This document shows positions 8,638-16,981 of a stretch of 64,000 nt of DNA, in pieces. The notes beneath the pieces were generated by a model. That model ran no database searches and was not told the origin of the DNA. It saw nothing but the letters and a program-made list of their open reading frames with translations. The stretch's first letter is position 1, and each line of letters starts with the position of its first letter. The stretch spans positions 2,758 to 66,757 of the forward strand of contig JAKSPY010000001.1 in NCBI GenBank assembly GCA_024404445.1, given 5' to 3'. The stretch comes from Clostridia bacterium. GTDB taxonomy: Bacteria; Bacillota; Clostridia; Oscillospirales; CAG-272. The position numbers and the translations under genes were made by a program.

Positions 8638-9866
8638 TCTCTCGCGAACGCGATGTCCGCGCCGGACAGCGTTTGCATACCGGGCAGACAGCGTACGTTC
8701 ATGGACGTTGCCGTTTTGATCTTGTCTGTTCCGAAACGGCAGCGTATCGAGTCGACGGCGCGGTCCAGCTTGTCAAGCTTTTCCGTTTTTGCCGTGTCGT
8801 TGAACAGCGTAATCTCCATCGGTGCGTTTTCGTCGGTCAGCATGGAAACACCGACGGTCAGCGCGCGTACGGAGTCAAACGGGGTATTTGCGTCATACAG
8901 CCGGCACGCCTGACTTGCTATATCGGCGGCGCGCCGTATGGGCGTATGTTGTCTGGACTGCGACTGCACGACCTGCAATTGCGGTGACTTTACCCATAAT
9001 GACACGACGCCGGCGTATCTGCCTATTGAGTACAGCCGGTGCGAGATGCTTTCCGACAGATAGAATATTCCGGAGCGGACGTCGTCCGCGGTGCACAGGT
9101 TCTGCGTGAACGTCGTGCCGTGGCTGACGCTTTTGACCGGCTCACGTATGCCGGAAAACCCGACGGCACTTTCGTCCATGCCGTTTGCATATGCCTTCAA
9201 CCGCACTCCGTTTATGCCCAAACGGTATTTCAGTGAGATTTCGGGATAATTTGCGAGGTCGCCTATCGTGTAAATGCCATAGCTGTTCAGTGTTTTCTGC
9301 GTGGCGCGTCCGACACCGAACAGGTCGCCGACGGGCAGAGGCCACGCCTTTTGTCTGAAATTTTCCGGCGTCAGCACGGTGACGGCGTCGGGCTTTTTCA
9401 TATCACTGCCCAATTTGGCAAATATTTTATTGAACGACACGCCGATCGAGATCGTCAGACCGAGTTCCGACTTTACCGCGCCGCGTATTTCATCGGCAAT
9501 ATGCTCCGGCGTGCCGAACAGCATTTCGCTGGCCGTCACGTCCAGCCAGCACTCATCGGGCCCGAACGGCTCTATCATATCGGTGTATCTGGCATATATC
9601 TCGCGTGCGAGGCGCGAATATTTCATGTATGCGTCATAATGGGGCGGCACTATTATCAGATCGCGGCATTTTGCCCTTGCCTGCCACGTCGTTTCGCCCG
9701 TCGCGACGCCGAATGATTTGGCAATATAGTTTTTTGCCAGAATTATGCCGTGACGGTCGTCCTCCGATCCGCCAACTGCTATCGGGTAGTCGCGCAGTGC
9801 GGGATTAAGTACGCATTCCACGCTCGCATAAAAATTATTCATGTCGCAGTGCAGTATATCACGCAT
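8634..9866 (-). CDS. dinB: Y-family DNA polymerase IV
   Basis: ILHCDMNNFYASVE, GGSEDDRHGIILAKNY and SIGVSFNKIFAKLGSDMKKPD are hallmark Y-family motifs. I moved the start to ATG 9866, which lies 8 nt after GGAGG. The tracked GTG at 9875 overlaps that Shine-Dalgarno sequence. Confidence 0.85.
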   Translation of the reverse strand: MRDILHCDMNNFYASVECVLNPALRDYPIAVGGSEDDRHGIILAKNYIAKSFGVATGETTWQARAKCRDLIIVPPHYDAYMKYSRLAREIYARYTDMIEPFGPDECWLDVTASEMLFGTPEHIADEIRGAVKSELGLTISIGVSFNKIFAKLGSDMKKPDAVTVLTPENFRQKAWPLPVGDLFGVGRATQKTLNSYGIYTIGDLANYPEISLKYRLGINGVRLKAYANGMDESAVGFSGIREPVKSVSHGTTFTQNLCTADDVRSGIFYLSESISHRLYSIGRYAGVVSLWVKSPQLQVVQSQSRQHTPIRRAADIASQACRLYDANTPFDSVRALTVGVSMLTDENAPMEITLFNDTAKTEKLDKLDRAVDSIRCRFGTDKIKTATSMNVRCLPGMQTLSGADIAFARE

Positions 9867-9889
9867 ATCCGTCACCTCCGTCCGATTAT

Positions 9890-9918
9890 ATTATATTCAA
9901 AACATATGTTCGTGTCAA
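9890..9918 (-). promoter_or_regulatory. sigma-A promoter of dinB (TTGACA-17-TATAAT)
   Basis: The minus strand reads TTGACA cgaacatatgttttgaa TATAAT, ending 24 nt upstream of ATG 9866. Both hexamers are consensus and the spacer is 17 nt. Confidence 0.7.
9899..9912. promoter_or_regulatory. LexA (Cheo/SOS) box inside the dinB promoter spacer
   Basis: The minus strand reads CGAACATATGTTTT, against the Firmicute consensus CGAAC-N4-GTTCG. It lies entirely between the -35 and -10 elements. Confidence 0.65.
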
Positions 9919-9928
9919 TAGTTATATG

Positions 9929-9942
9929 AGAAAATTTGTTCG
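9929..9942. promoter_or_regulatory. second, weaker LexA-like box upstream of the dinB -35
   Basis: The minus strand reads CGAACAAATTTTCT. One half-site is perfect and the other is degenerate. Confidence 0.35.
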
Positions 9943-9990
9943 TAAATTTTATACTTTGTTCGGATGTGCGACGGCGAATCGCCCATAGGC

Positions 9991-10034
9991 AGAAAAAAGC
10001 AAATCGCGGTACGATCCTTTCGGACCGCACCGCG
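9991..10034 (-). terminator. rho-independent terminator of spoIVA
   Basis: The outer stem is cgcggt / accgcg, with partial inner pairing. On the minus strand it is followed by atttgcttttttct. Confidence 0.55.
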
Positions 10035-10085
10035 GATTGATATTCGTCGCCCGTCGGAAACAGGGCAGGCCGTTTTCTACTATAA

Positions 10086-11555
10086 TTATAGTATGATGCA
10101 CACCAACCCGCCGGATCCCTCATTGATCACGCGCGACAGCGTTTCGCACAGACGCGTGCGGGCGTCATCGGGCATATGCGACAGCTTGGCGTGCAGTCCC
10201 TCATTGACCAGATCGTAAAGTGATTTGCCGAACATATTCGTGTCCCATATCTTCTGCGGATTCGTTTCAAATTCACTCAGCATGAATTTGACCAGCTCCT
10301 CAGACTGCTGTTCCGTGCCGACTATCGGCGATACCTCGGTTTGGATGTCGGCCTTTATCATGTGTATCGACGGGGCGCAGGCACGCAACTTGACGCCGTA
10401 TCCGCCCGCCTGACGCACGATCTTCGGTTCCTCCAGCTTCATGTCGCGTACCTCGGGCATCACGATGCCGTATCCCGACGTAGCTACCTCGTCGAGTGCC
10501 GCCGATACCTTATCGTATTTTTTCTTTATTTGCGACAGCTTACGCATCAGCTCCAGCAGTGCCTCGTCGTCAGCGATCTCAAAGCCCGTCATCTCGCCTA
10601 TCACGTCGTAGAACAGTCCGTCGTTCAACTCTGTCGTGACGTGTGCCGTGCCTGTGCCGAGGTCAATGGAATCGACCGTCACCGATTTGATGTATTCGTT
10701 TTCGGCGGCGGCGCCGAAGCTGGTGCTTATGTCGCCGACCTTGTGTACTTTGGCTGCCGAGGTCAGCACGGCGTCGCGCACGCTTTTGACTATCGGATGC
10801 GATTCGTCGAGTGCGCTGATGAAATCGGGCAGGGAAACGCGGACGTTCACGACCGGGAATTCGAGCAGTACCAGCGACAGAATATTTTTTATATCGTCGC
10901 CGTCAAGGTCGATACAGCTGACGAGTGCCACGGGTGCGCCGTACTTCTCCTCTAATTCAAGGGCGAGCGCCGTCGCGCGCGACGATTGCGGCTCGGATGA
11001 ATTCAGAACTATCACGTACGGCTTTCCCAGCGAATTCAGCTCCTCTGCCACGCGCTGTTCGACGGCAACGTAATTTTCACGCGGTAGCTCACCGAATGAG
11101 CCGTCACTCGTCACGAGGATGCCGATGGTGGAATGATCGGATATGACCTTTTGCGTTCCGATCTCGGCGGCGCGGTCAAACGGCATCGCGTCCGCGCTCC
11201 ACGGCGTCATCACCATACGCTGTTTGTCGTCCTCCATGACGCCGAGCGCGTCGGGCACCATATATCCCACGCAGTCGATCATCTTTACCGACAGCGACGC
11301 ACCGCCGTCCAGCGTTATTCCTACGGCTTTGTCCGGTATGAATTTCGGCTCCGTGGTTGTGACTGTTTTGCCCGATGCCGATTGCGGCATCTCGTCCAAC
11401 GCGCGGCGTCTGTCGTTTTCATCGGCGATATTCGGCAAAACCAGCCTTTCCATGAATTTTTTAATGAATGTTGATTTCCCTGTGCGGACAGGCCCGACGA
11501 CACCTATATAAATATCGCCCCCTGTGCGCGTTTCTATGTCGTTGTATATGCTCAC
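10086..11555 (-). CDS. spoIVA: stage IV sporulation protein A (spore coat morphogenetic ATPase)
   Basis: 489 aa. The N-terminus MSIYNDIETRTGGDIYIGVVGPVRTGKSTFIKKFME carries the Walker A motif and is characteristic of SpoIVA. GTG start, 5 nt after GGGAGGA. Confidence 0.9.
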   Translation of the reverse strand: MSIYNDIETRTGGDIYIGVVGPVRTGKSTFIKKFMERLVLPNIADENDRRRALDEMPQSASGKTVTTTEPKFIPDKAVGITLDGGASLSVKMIDCVGYMVPDALGVMEDDKQRMVMTPWSADAMPFDRAAEIGTQKVISDHSTIGILVTSDGSFGELPRENYVAVEQRVAEELNSLGKPYVIVLNSSEPQSSRATALALELEEKYGAPVALVSCIDLDGDDIKNILSLVLLEFPVVNVRVSLPDFISALDESHPIVKSVRDAVLTSAAKVHKVGDISTSFGAAAENEYIKSVTVDSIDLGTGTAHVTTELNDGLFYDVIGEMTGFEIADDEALLELMRKLSQIKKKYDKVSAALDEVATSGYGIVMPEVRDMKLEEPKIVRQAGGYGVKLRACAPSIHMIKADIQTEVSPIVGTEQQSEELVKFMLSEFETNPQKIWDTNMFGKSLYDLVNEGLHAKLSHMPDDARTRLCETLSRVINEGSGGLVCIIL

Positions 11556-11734
11556 GGTAGTCCTCCCGAAAATATATTACGATTAAAATATATTCGTTTG
11601 ACGCCGTGATATGACAAAAAATAATGAACTTACGTCCTTTTGATCTGAAAATTAAAGGCTCTTTGTCAATAGTTGGGGTAAAAAAACACCGATGCAATAA
11701 AGTGGCTTACCCCAACATTTAGTATAGAACCAAA

Positions 11735-11762
11735 TTGAAAAACCGACGCGGTGAGCGTCGGT
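11735..11762 (-). terminator. rho-independent terminator after the DUF1643 gene
   Basis: Stem accgacgc / gcgtcggt with a 5-nt loop. On the minus strand it is followed by a T-run (tttttcaattt). Confidence 0.6.
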
Positions 11763-11816
11763 ATTGATATTCATAAGTTTTTTGAGTTCTGACGGTCGCA
11801 CGCGATTTTTTGGATG

Positions 11817-12431
11817 TCATCTGATGACGTTCAGATAGCCTTCTATGTCAAACGGATCGAGCGGCGAATCCTTTTTCAGATACAGCGGATGATGCGGATG
11901 CCCCGCTTTTGACAGCTTGCCCGACGAGTACCACTCGGCACCGTATTTTTTGCCGATCGCGATCATATTTTCGACGCAATGCGTCAGATAATCGCGCTTT
12001 TCGACTATCGTGCCCCACGCCGCCCATACCGACGGAGAACGCGATACCGACAGCGCGTATTCAAACGCAAGCATATTTTCGCGGCTGAGCGCGTCGTTGA
12101 TCTCGCTTTCCATATCGTCGGGGTTAGTCGCGCGCTGAGGATATACGTTGAACATTATGAAGCTGTCATATCCGTTGAATTTTGATATTCTTTCGACGGA
12201 TTTCAGTGTGTTGTCCAGATCGTCCGGCGCGGCAGTCGACGGGTTGATCCCCACGCAGATCAGAGGGTTTGCGCCGCGTGTGCCCAATATGTAACGGTAT
12301 TCGGTATATACGGGCGGTACGTACAGCCAGCGCGAAATATCGTAGTCCGGTCGCGGCGTGTCCGCCCTTTTCAAGGCCTCATAAAACGGCTCGATCTCCA
12401 TCGTCGCCGTCGGCGCTGTCGGGATGTGCAT
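11817..12431 (-). CDS. DUF1643 domain protein
   Basis: 204 aa. GINPSTA...LDNT and YPQRATNP motifs match the DUF1643 family as I recall it. The function is unknown. The gene starts 1 nt after the murC stop. Confidence 0.55.
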   Translation of the reverse strand: MHIPTAPTATMEIEPFYEALKRADTPRPDYDISRWLYVPPVYTEYRYILGTRGANPLICVGINPSTAAPDDLDNTLKSVERISKFNGYDSFIMFNVYPQRATNPDDMESEINDALSRENMLAFEYALSVSRSPSVWAAWGTIVEKRDYLTHCVENMIAIGKKYGAEWYSSGKLSKAGHPHHPLYLKKDSPLDPFDIEGYLNVIR

Positions 12432-12432
12432 T

Positions 12433-13794
12433 TTATTCTCCTATCATTTCGGCCAGATGCTCTATCGTGCCTGCACCGAGTATCAGTATGATGTCGCCGT
12501 CATCTGCCGTGCGGCGCACAGCGTCGGCGGCCTCTTTATACGACGGGGTATATATGCCGTCGGCCGCGTAGGCAAGATCGCACGGATTTATCCCCGTGTC
12601 GTTCGTTTCCCTCGCGGAATAAATGTCGGTGAAAAACCTCACGTCTGCCTCGCCGAATGAGGTGATGAACTTATCGAACAGCGCGGCTGTGCGTGAATAT
12701 GTGTGCGGCTCAAAAACCGTTATCAGCCGTCTGTGGCACATATTTGCGGCTGTGTGTATGGTTGCTTGCAGCTCGGTCGGGTGATGCGCGTAATCTATGA
12801 TGATCCGGGCTCCGCGGTACGTGCCTTTCGTTTCAAATCTTCGCGCTATGCCGTAAAAGCTGTTTATGCCGTCTATGATCTTATCCGTCGGTATCCCCTC
12901 GGAATACGTTGCCGAAAAGGCGGCGAGTACGTTATATATATTGTGGTGTCCGACGAGCCTCGGCATCGCCGTGCCTGCTGTTGTGCCGTTTACCGATATG
13001 TCGAATGATACGATGCCGTTTTTCTCGCGGATATTTTCGGCACGGATATCGGCGCCGTCACCGATGCCGAACGTAGTTCGAGCTATTCCGGCGGTCGCAC
13101 GCATGGCGCCATCATCGTCGGCGCACACGATCAGACGCGGATCGTCCGATGTGTCAAACGGTATGCGCGCGTATTCGGAAAACGATCTTTCTATCGCCTT
13201 TTCGTCGGCAAAATAATCGGTGTGATCCAGCTCCGCATTCAGTATCACGGCGGTTGACGGATAAAATGATAAAAATGAGTCGCGGTATTCGCACGCCTCG
13301 AATATGAACGTATCCTCGCCGAGTGTGTATGCCGCGCCGAATTCCGGCATCTCCGCACCGCACATGACTGCGGGATCAAGACCGGCGCGGGCGTAAATAT
13401 GCGCCGTCAGCGCCGTCGTAGTCGATTTGCCGTGCGATCCTGCTATGCCTATGCGACGGCGGTACGGTTTCATTATATATCCCAACAGCTCGGCACGGGA
13501 GATCACGGGGATATTACCGCGGGCGCTTTTCAGCTCCGGATTGTCGGCGTGTATCGCGCCGGAATATACTACGGCGTCATATCCGCGCACGTTTTCGGCA
13601 CTGTGGCCGAATGTGACAGGAATGCCGGATCGCGTCAGCATATCCGTGAATGTGCTTTCGGCAGTATCGGATCCGCCGACGACGTAGCCGAGCCGGCGCA
13701 TCATTACGGCAAGTGATGACATACTGACGCCGCCTATGCCGACAAAGAACACCTTGTGCGCATTATTCAGCGCGTTTTCAACATTAACTGACAA
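12433..13794 (-). CDS. murC: UDP-N-acetylmuramate--L-alanine ligase
   Basis: FFVGIGGVSMSSLA (Rossmann fold), the GIAGSHGKSTTT P-loop, and a Mur ligase C-terminal domain. TTG start, 7 nt after GGAGGG. Confidence 0.9.
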   Translation of the reverse strand: MSVNVENALNNAHKVFFVGIGGVSMSSLAVMMRRLGYVVGGSDTAESTFTDMLTRSGIPVTFGHSAENVRGYDAVVYSGAIHADNPELKSARGNIPVISRAELLGYIMKPYRRRIGIAGSHGKSTTTALTAHIYARAGLDPAVMCGAEMPEFGAAYTLGEDTFIFEACEYRDSFLSFYPSTAVILNAELDHTDYFADEKAIERSFSEYARIPFDTSDDPRLIVCADDDGAMRATAGIARTTFGIGDGADIRAENIREKNGIVSFDISVNGTTAGTAMPRLVGHHNIYNVLAAFSATYSEGIPTDKIIDGINSFYGIARRFETKGTYRGARIIIDYAHHPTELQATIHTAANMCHRRLITVFEPHTYSRTAALFDKFITSFGEADVRFFTDIYSARETNDTGINPCDLAYAADGIYTPSYKEAADAVRRTADDGDIILILGAGTIEHLAEMIGE

Positions 13795-13944
13795 AAAACA
13801 CCCTCCGCAATTAAAACATTTATAAAAATATAATTGTTTCGTCTAACAATGTTCACATTTGGACATTATAATATACGTGTAAAGTGAAAAACAACAACAG
13901 ATCCGCAATAGCGGAATTGGCGAAAGCCGGAACGGAGTCAGAAT

Positions 13945-14238
13945 ATGAAGATAACCGATGTCAGAATCAGAAAAGTGTTTGAAGAAGGACCGATGAAGGC
14001 TGTTGCATCGGTGACGTTCGATGACGAGCTTGCGCTTCACGACGTCAAGGTGATAAACGCAAAGGATAAGTATTTCGTGGTCATGCCGTCGCGCAAGAAT
14101 CCCGACGGTACGTTCCGCGATATCGTCCATCCGATAAACGCATCAGCACGCGCAAACCTCGAACAGACGGTGATAAACGCGTACTTTGAGTATCTGAAGC
14201 AGGTGGGAACGCCCGCAGGGGAGCCGGTCACGGTATAA
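13945..14238 (+). CDS. spoVG: septation/sporulation regulator SpoVG
   Basis: MKITDVRIRKV...ASVTFDDELALHDVKVI...FVVMPSRK...DIVHPIN is near-canonical SpoVG. Confidence 0.9.
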   Translation: MKITDVRIRKVFEEGPMKAVASVTFDDELALHDVKVINAKDKYFVVMPSRKNPDGTFRDIVHPINASARANLEQTVINAYFEYLKQVGTPAGEPVTV

Positions 14239-14246
14239 TATCGATC

Positions 14247-14276
14247 AAAAGAAAATCGTCGCGGCGATTTTCTTTT
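14247..14276. terminator. bidirectional terminator between spoVG and the dCMP deaminase gene
   Basis: aaaagaaaatcg / tcgcgg loop / cgattttctttt forms a 12-bp perfect stem built from A- and T-runs. Confidence 0.7.
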
Positions 14277-14765
14277 TTAATACCCGAACTGTCCGGAAAG
14301 GCTGTCGTCGTTTTCGATCCAATCGTTCACGTCGATCATGCGGAATTCATCCTTTGTGTCGCGCACGACCAGCCTTTCTATCCCGGCATTGATTATCTGA
14401 CGCTTACACATCATACAGCTGCACGTGCCGGGCATCAGCTCGCCTGTTTTTGCGTCTATGCACGACATATATATGGTCGCGCCCAGCATCTGATCGCGTG
14501 CGGCGGCGATTATGGCGTTTGCCTCCGCATGGACGGAGCGGCACATTTCGTATCTCTCGCCCCGCGGTATATTCAGCTTGTCGCGGAAGCATACGCCCAG
14601 ATCGGAGCAATTCTTTCTGCCGCGCGGCGCGCCGTTATAGCCGGTCGAGATTATTGAGTCGTTCTTGACTATAATCGCCCCGAATTTTCTGCGCAGGCAG
14701 GTGCTCCTCTCAGCGACTGTTTCCGCTATATCCAGATAGTAGTTTTCTTTTGACGTGCGATCCAT
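14277..14765 (-). CDS. comEB: dCMP (deoxycytidylate) deaminase, ComEB-like
   Basis: The zinc motifs HAEANAI and CSCMMCKRQIINAGI are present. I moved the start to ATG 14765, 6 nt after GGAGG. Confidence 0.8.
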   Translation of the reverse strand: MDRTSKENYYLDIAETVAERSTCLRRKFGAIIVKNDSIISTGYNGAPRGRKNCSDLGVCFRDKLNIPRGERYEMCRSVHAEANAIIAAARDQMLGATIYMSCIDAKTGELMPGTCSCMMCKRQIINAGIERLVVRDTKDEFRMIDVNDWIENDDSLSGQFGY

Positions 14766-14843
14766 GTCAGACCTCCGGGCAAATGTATGTATATGATAAT
14801 TATACATAAATGCCGTTGCCGGTGCAATAGCAAATTGATAATT

Positions 14844-15521
14844 TTACATCTGACGGTGCAATTTTTCCAGCGCTGACTTTTCTATGCGCGAAACATATGA
14901 ACGCGAAATACCTTTCAGCTCCGCTACCTCACGCTGGGTTATGGGCTTTTGGTTGTTCAGCCCGTAGCGCAGTATGATTATTTCACGCTCCCGCTCGTCC
15001 AGCTCCGACATTATCGCCTTCATCACCTTGCTGACCTTTATCTTCTCATCCAGCTCGTCTGCTATCGTGTCGTCGACGCTGATTATGTCCATATATGACA
15101 GCGGATTGCCGTCCTTGTCCGTGTCTATCGCCTCGTTTATCGATACCTCGCACGCTGTTTTTTTCTGTGACCGCAGATGCATCAGTATCTCGTTTTGTAT
15201 GCATTTGCCGGCATACGTGGCGAAGCGCGATCCGTACGCCCCGTCAAATGAGTCTATCGCCTTTATCAGCCCGATCGTACCTATTGAGATCATATCGTCC
15301 TGCCCGGCATTGCCTCCGGTGTATTTTTTCACTATGTGGGCGACCAGACGCAGATTATGCTCGATCAGCCTGCCGCGCGCATCCCTGTCGCCCGCTCGCA
15401 TTGCTTCAAAGCTTGCACGCTCCTCATTGGGCGACAGCGGCGGAGGAAAGCTCTGCGTGAATGAAACCTTCAGAAACAGATAAATGAAATTGGAAAACAG
15501 CAGTGAAAAGAACGCGCCCAT
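14844..15521 (-). CDS. sigK: sporulation sigma factor K (pro-sigma-K), uninterrupted
   Basis: A hydrophobic pro-sequence is followed by FPPPLSPNEE...LIEHNLRLVAHIVKKY, which matches B. subtilis SigK better than SigE. Region 4 is REVAELKGISRSYVSRIEKSAL. It is a single continuous ORF. Confidence 0.8.
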   Translation of the reverse strand: MGAFFSLLFSNFIYLFLKVSFTQSFPPPLSPNEERASFEAMRAGDRDARGRLIEHNLRLVAHIVKKYTGGNAGQDDMISIGTIGLIKAIDSFDGAYGSRFATYAGKCIQNEILMHLRSQKKTACEVSINEAIDTDKDGNPLSYMDIISVDDTIADELDEKIKVSKVMKAIMSELDEREREIIILRYGLNNQKPITQREVAELKGISRSYVSRIEKSALEKLHRQM

Positions 15522-15605
15522 ATCCCACCTCCGGTGCCGTATATGACATTATATGACGCGACGCGGGAAAATCATAACAATATCGCACGAAAAATAAAAA
15601 AACTC

Positions 15606-15634
15606 TTGACAAAAGTCAGCCGGTGTGATATAGT
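15606..15634 (+). promoter_or_regulatory. sigma-A promoter of the infC-rpmI-rplT operon
   Basis: TTGACA aaagtcagccggtgtga TATAGT with a 17-nt spacer. Confidence 0.6.
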
Positions 15635-15640
15635 GACACA

Positions 15641-15778
15641 GTACAAGGAAGCAGGACGTTCTCCGTTCTCACCTGACCGTCACAGAACGCGTTCGGGTCA
15701 ATATGTTCGTCGTTCCCCCATGGGATACTATCGTTCATTGTTATGCGGAGAGTTTTGCTCTCCGCATTTTATTTGACT
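15641..15778 (+). promoter_or_regulatory. L20-leader-like 5' UTR (ribosomal-protein autoregulatory attenuator)
   Basis: A roughly 140-nt leader lies between the promoter and infC and ends in an intrinsic terminator. Position and architecture match the Firmicute L20 leader upstream of infC-rpmI-rplT. I could not verify the fold by hand. Confidence 0.5.
15743..15775 (+). terminator. leader attenuator/terminator hairpin upstream of infC
   Basis: atgcggagag / ttttg loop / ctctccgcat is a perfect 10-bp stem followed by ttttattt. Confidence 0.7.
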
Positions 15779-15793
15779 ATGGGGGTGTCTCTT

Positions 15794-16324
15794 ATCAGCA
15801 CAAAAGAACATCAGATCAATGAGGAAATCCGTGTACCGCAGGTCAGACTTATCGGGTCGGGCGGTGAGCAGATCGGCATAGTTGCGATTGCCGAGGCTCA
15901 GAGGATCGCCTCAGACAAGGACCTCGACCTCGTTATGATCGCACCGCAGGCGGAGCCTCCGGTATGCAGAGTAATGGACTACGGTAAGTTCTGCTTTGAG
16001 CAGGACAAGAGGGAAAAAGAAGCGAAGAAAAAGCAGCAGACCGTTGAGGTCAAGGAGATACAGCTCACCTGTAACATCGGTGATCACGATTTCCAGACCA
16101 AGCTCGGTCATGCGCACAGATTCCTCGGTGACGGCAATAAGGTTCGTGTCGTACTGAAATTCCGCGGACGCCGTGAGATGTTTCATACGGAGCTCGGTCA
16201 GCAGGTCATCGATCGCTTTGAGCAGGGTTGCTCCGACATCGGGCAGGCCGATAAAAAGCCGGTGCTTGACGGACGCACGATCACGTTGTTCTTATCACCG
16301 ATAAGCAATACTACCAAAAAATAA
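15794..16324 (+). CDS. infC: translation initiation factor IF-3
   Basis: INEEIRVPQVRLIG...PPVCRVMDYGKF is canonical IF-3. The tracked ATG 15743 lies inside the attenuator stem. I propose ATC 15794 as a non-canonical start, 6 nt after GGGGGTG. It gives (M)STKEHQINE, the same length as B. subtilis MISKDQLVNE as I recall it. ATG 15779 is the alternative. Confidence 0.8.
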   Translation: MSTKEHQINEEIRVPQVRLIGSGGEQIGIVAIAEAQRIASDKDLDLVMIAPQAEPPVCRVMDYGKFCFEQDKREKEAKKKQQTVEVKEIQLTCNIGDHDFQTKLGHAHRFLGDGNKVRVVLKFRGRREMFHTELGQQVIDRFEQGCSDIGQADKKPVLDGRTITLFLSPISNTTKK

Positions 16325-16346
16325 TCAACCGAAAGGATATACTAAA

Positions 16347-16544
16347 ATGGGAAAAATCAAGACACACAGCGCCTCTGCCAAGAGATTCTCGGTTACTAAG
16401 AGTGGCCTGGTTAAGATCAACAGCTCTTTCCGCCGTCATAAGCTCGGCAAGAAAACAGCAAAGCGTAAGCGCCAGTTAAGACGCAACAACTACCTCAGCG
16501 AGTCATTCGCACCGACGATCAAGACACTTATTCCCAATAAGTAA
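16347..16544 (+). CDS. rpmI: 50S ribosomal protein L35
   Basis: A 65-aa basic protein, MGKIKTHSASAKRF...HKLGKKTAKRKRQLR. Confidence 0.9.
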   Translation: MGKIKTHSASAKRFSVTKSGLVKINSSFRRHKLGKKTAKRKRQLRRNNYLSESFAPTIKTLIPNK

Positions 16545-16562
16545 TTACAGGAGGCATATAAG

Positions 16563-16916
16563 ATGGCAAGAATAAAAGGCGCGATGATGACGCGCAAGAG
16601 AAGAAATAAAGTACTCAAGGCCGCTAAGGGTTATTGGGGTTCCAAGTCAAAGCATTTCAAGATGGCCAAAGAAGCCGTCATGAAGAGCGGCAACTATGCG
16701 TTTACGGGACGTAAGCTTAAAAAGAGAGATTTCCGTGCTCTTTGGATCACAAGAATTTCCGCTCAGGCTAAGGTCAACGGCATCAACTATTCCAGACTCA
16801 TGTGCGGACTTAAAAAGGCCAACATCGATCTGAACAGAAAGATGCTCGCCGAGCTTGCGGTCAACGACAAAGAGGCTTTCGCTGCTCTTGTCGAGACAGC
16901 TAAGGCTGCTCTTTAA
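16563..16916 (+). CDS. rplT: 50S ribosomal protein L20
   Basis: [29 protein letters not shown]...FRALWITRI is canonical L20. Confidence 0.95.
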   Translation: MARIKGAMMTRKRRNKVLKAAKGYWGSKSKHFKMAKEAVMKSGNYAFTGRKLKKRDFRALWITRISAQAKVNGINYSRLMCGLKKANIDLNRKMLAELAVNDKEAFAALVETAKAAL

Positions 16917-16925
16917 TATCGAATG

Positions 16926-16962
16926 AAAACCAAAGCATACGCGTGCGTGTGCTTTGGTTTTT
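16926..16962 (+). terminator. rho-independent terminator after rplT
   Basis: aaaaccaaagca / tgctttggtttt stem followed by a T-run. It overlaps the tracked ATG 16943 of the next ORF, which argues for the later start. Confidence 0.75.
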
Positions 16963-16981
16963 GAATTTGTGGAGGAAAATT

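Noticed and set aside
11556-11640. A sigma-E-type promoter for spoIVA (TCATATC ... GAATATAT on the minus strand), and a similar tandem GTCATATA upstream of sigK at 15540-15565.
   Set aside because: The matches to sporulation sigma consensus sequences are short and AT-rich. I cannot distinguish them from chance by eye, so I did not report them as features.
11673-11715. A 9-bp perfect inverted repeat (ttggggtaa ... ttaccccaa) with a 25-nt loop upstream of spoIVA, considered as a possible small RNA or tRNA fragment.
   Set aside because: There is no cloverleaf and no flanking promoter or terminator of its own. It sits in the spoIVA upstream region and may be a regulator site or plain secondary structure. 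The evidence is too thin to call.
14844-15521. A possible skin-like intervening element in sigK, as occurs in B. subtilis and some clostridia.
   Set aside because: The gene is a single 225-codon ORF covering the pro-sequence through region 4. No recombinase or insertion is present.
15743-15778. The ORF-track ATG start for infC at 15743.
   Set aside because: The ATG forms part of the leader terminator stem and has no Shine-Dalgarno sequence. IF-3 homology begins only around residue 18.
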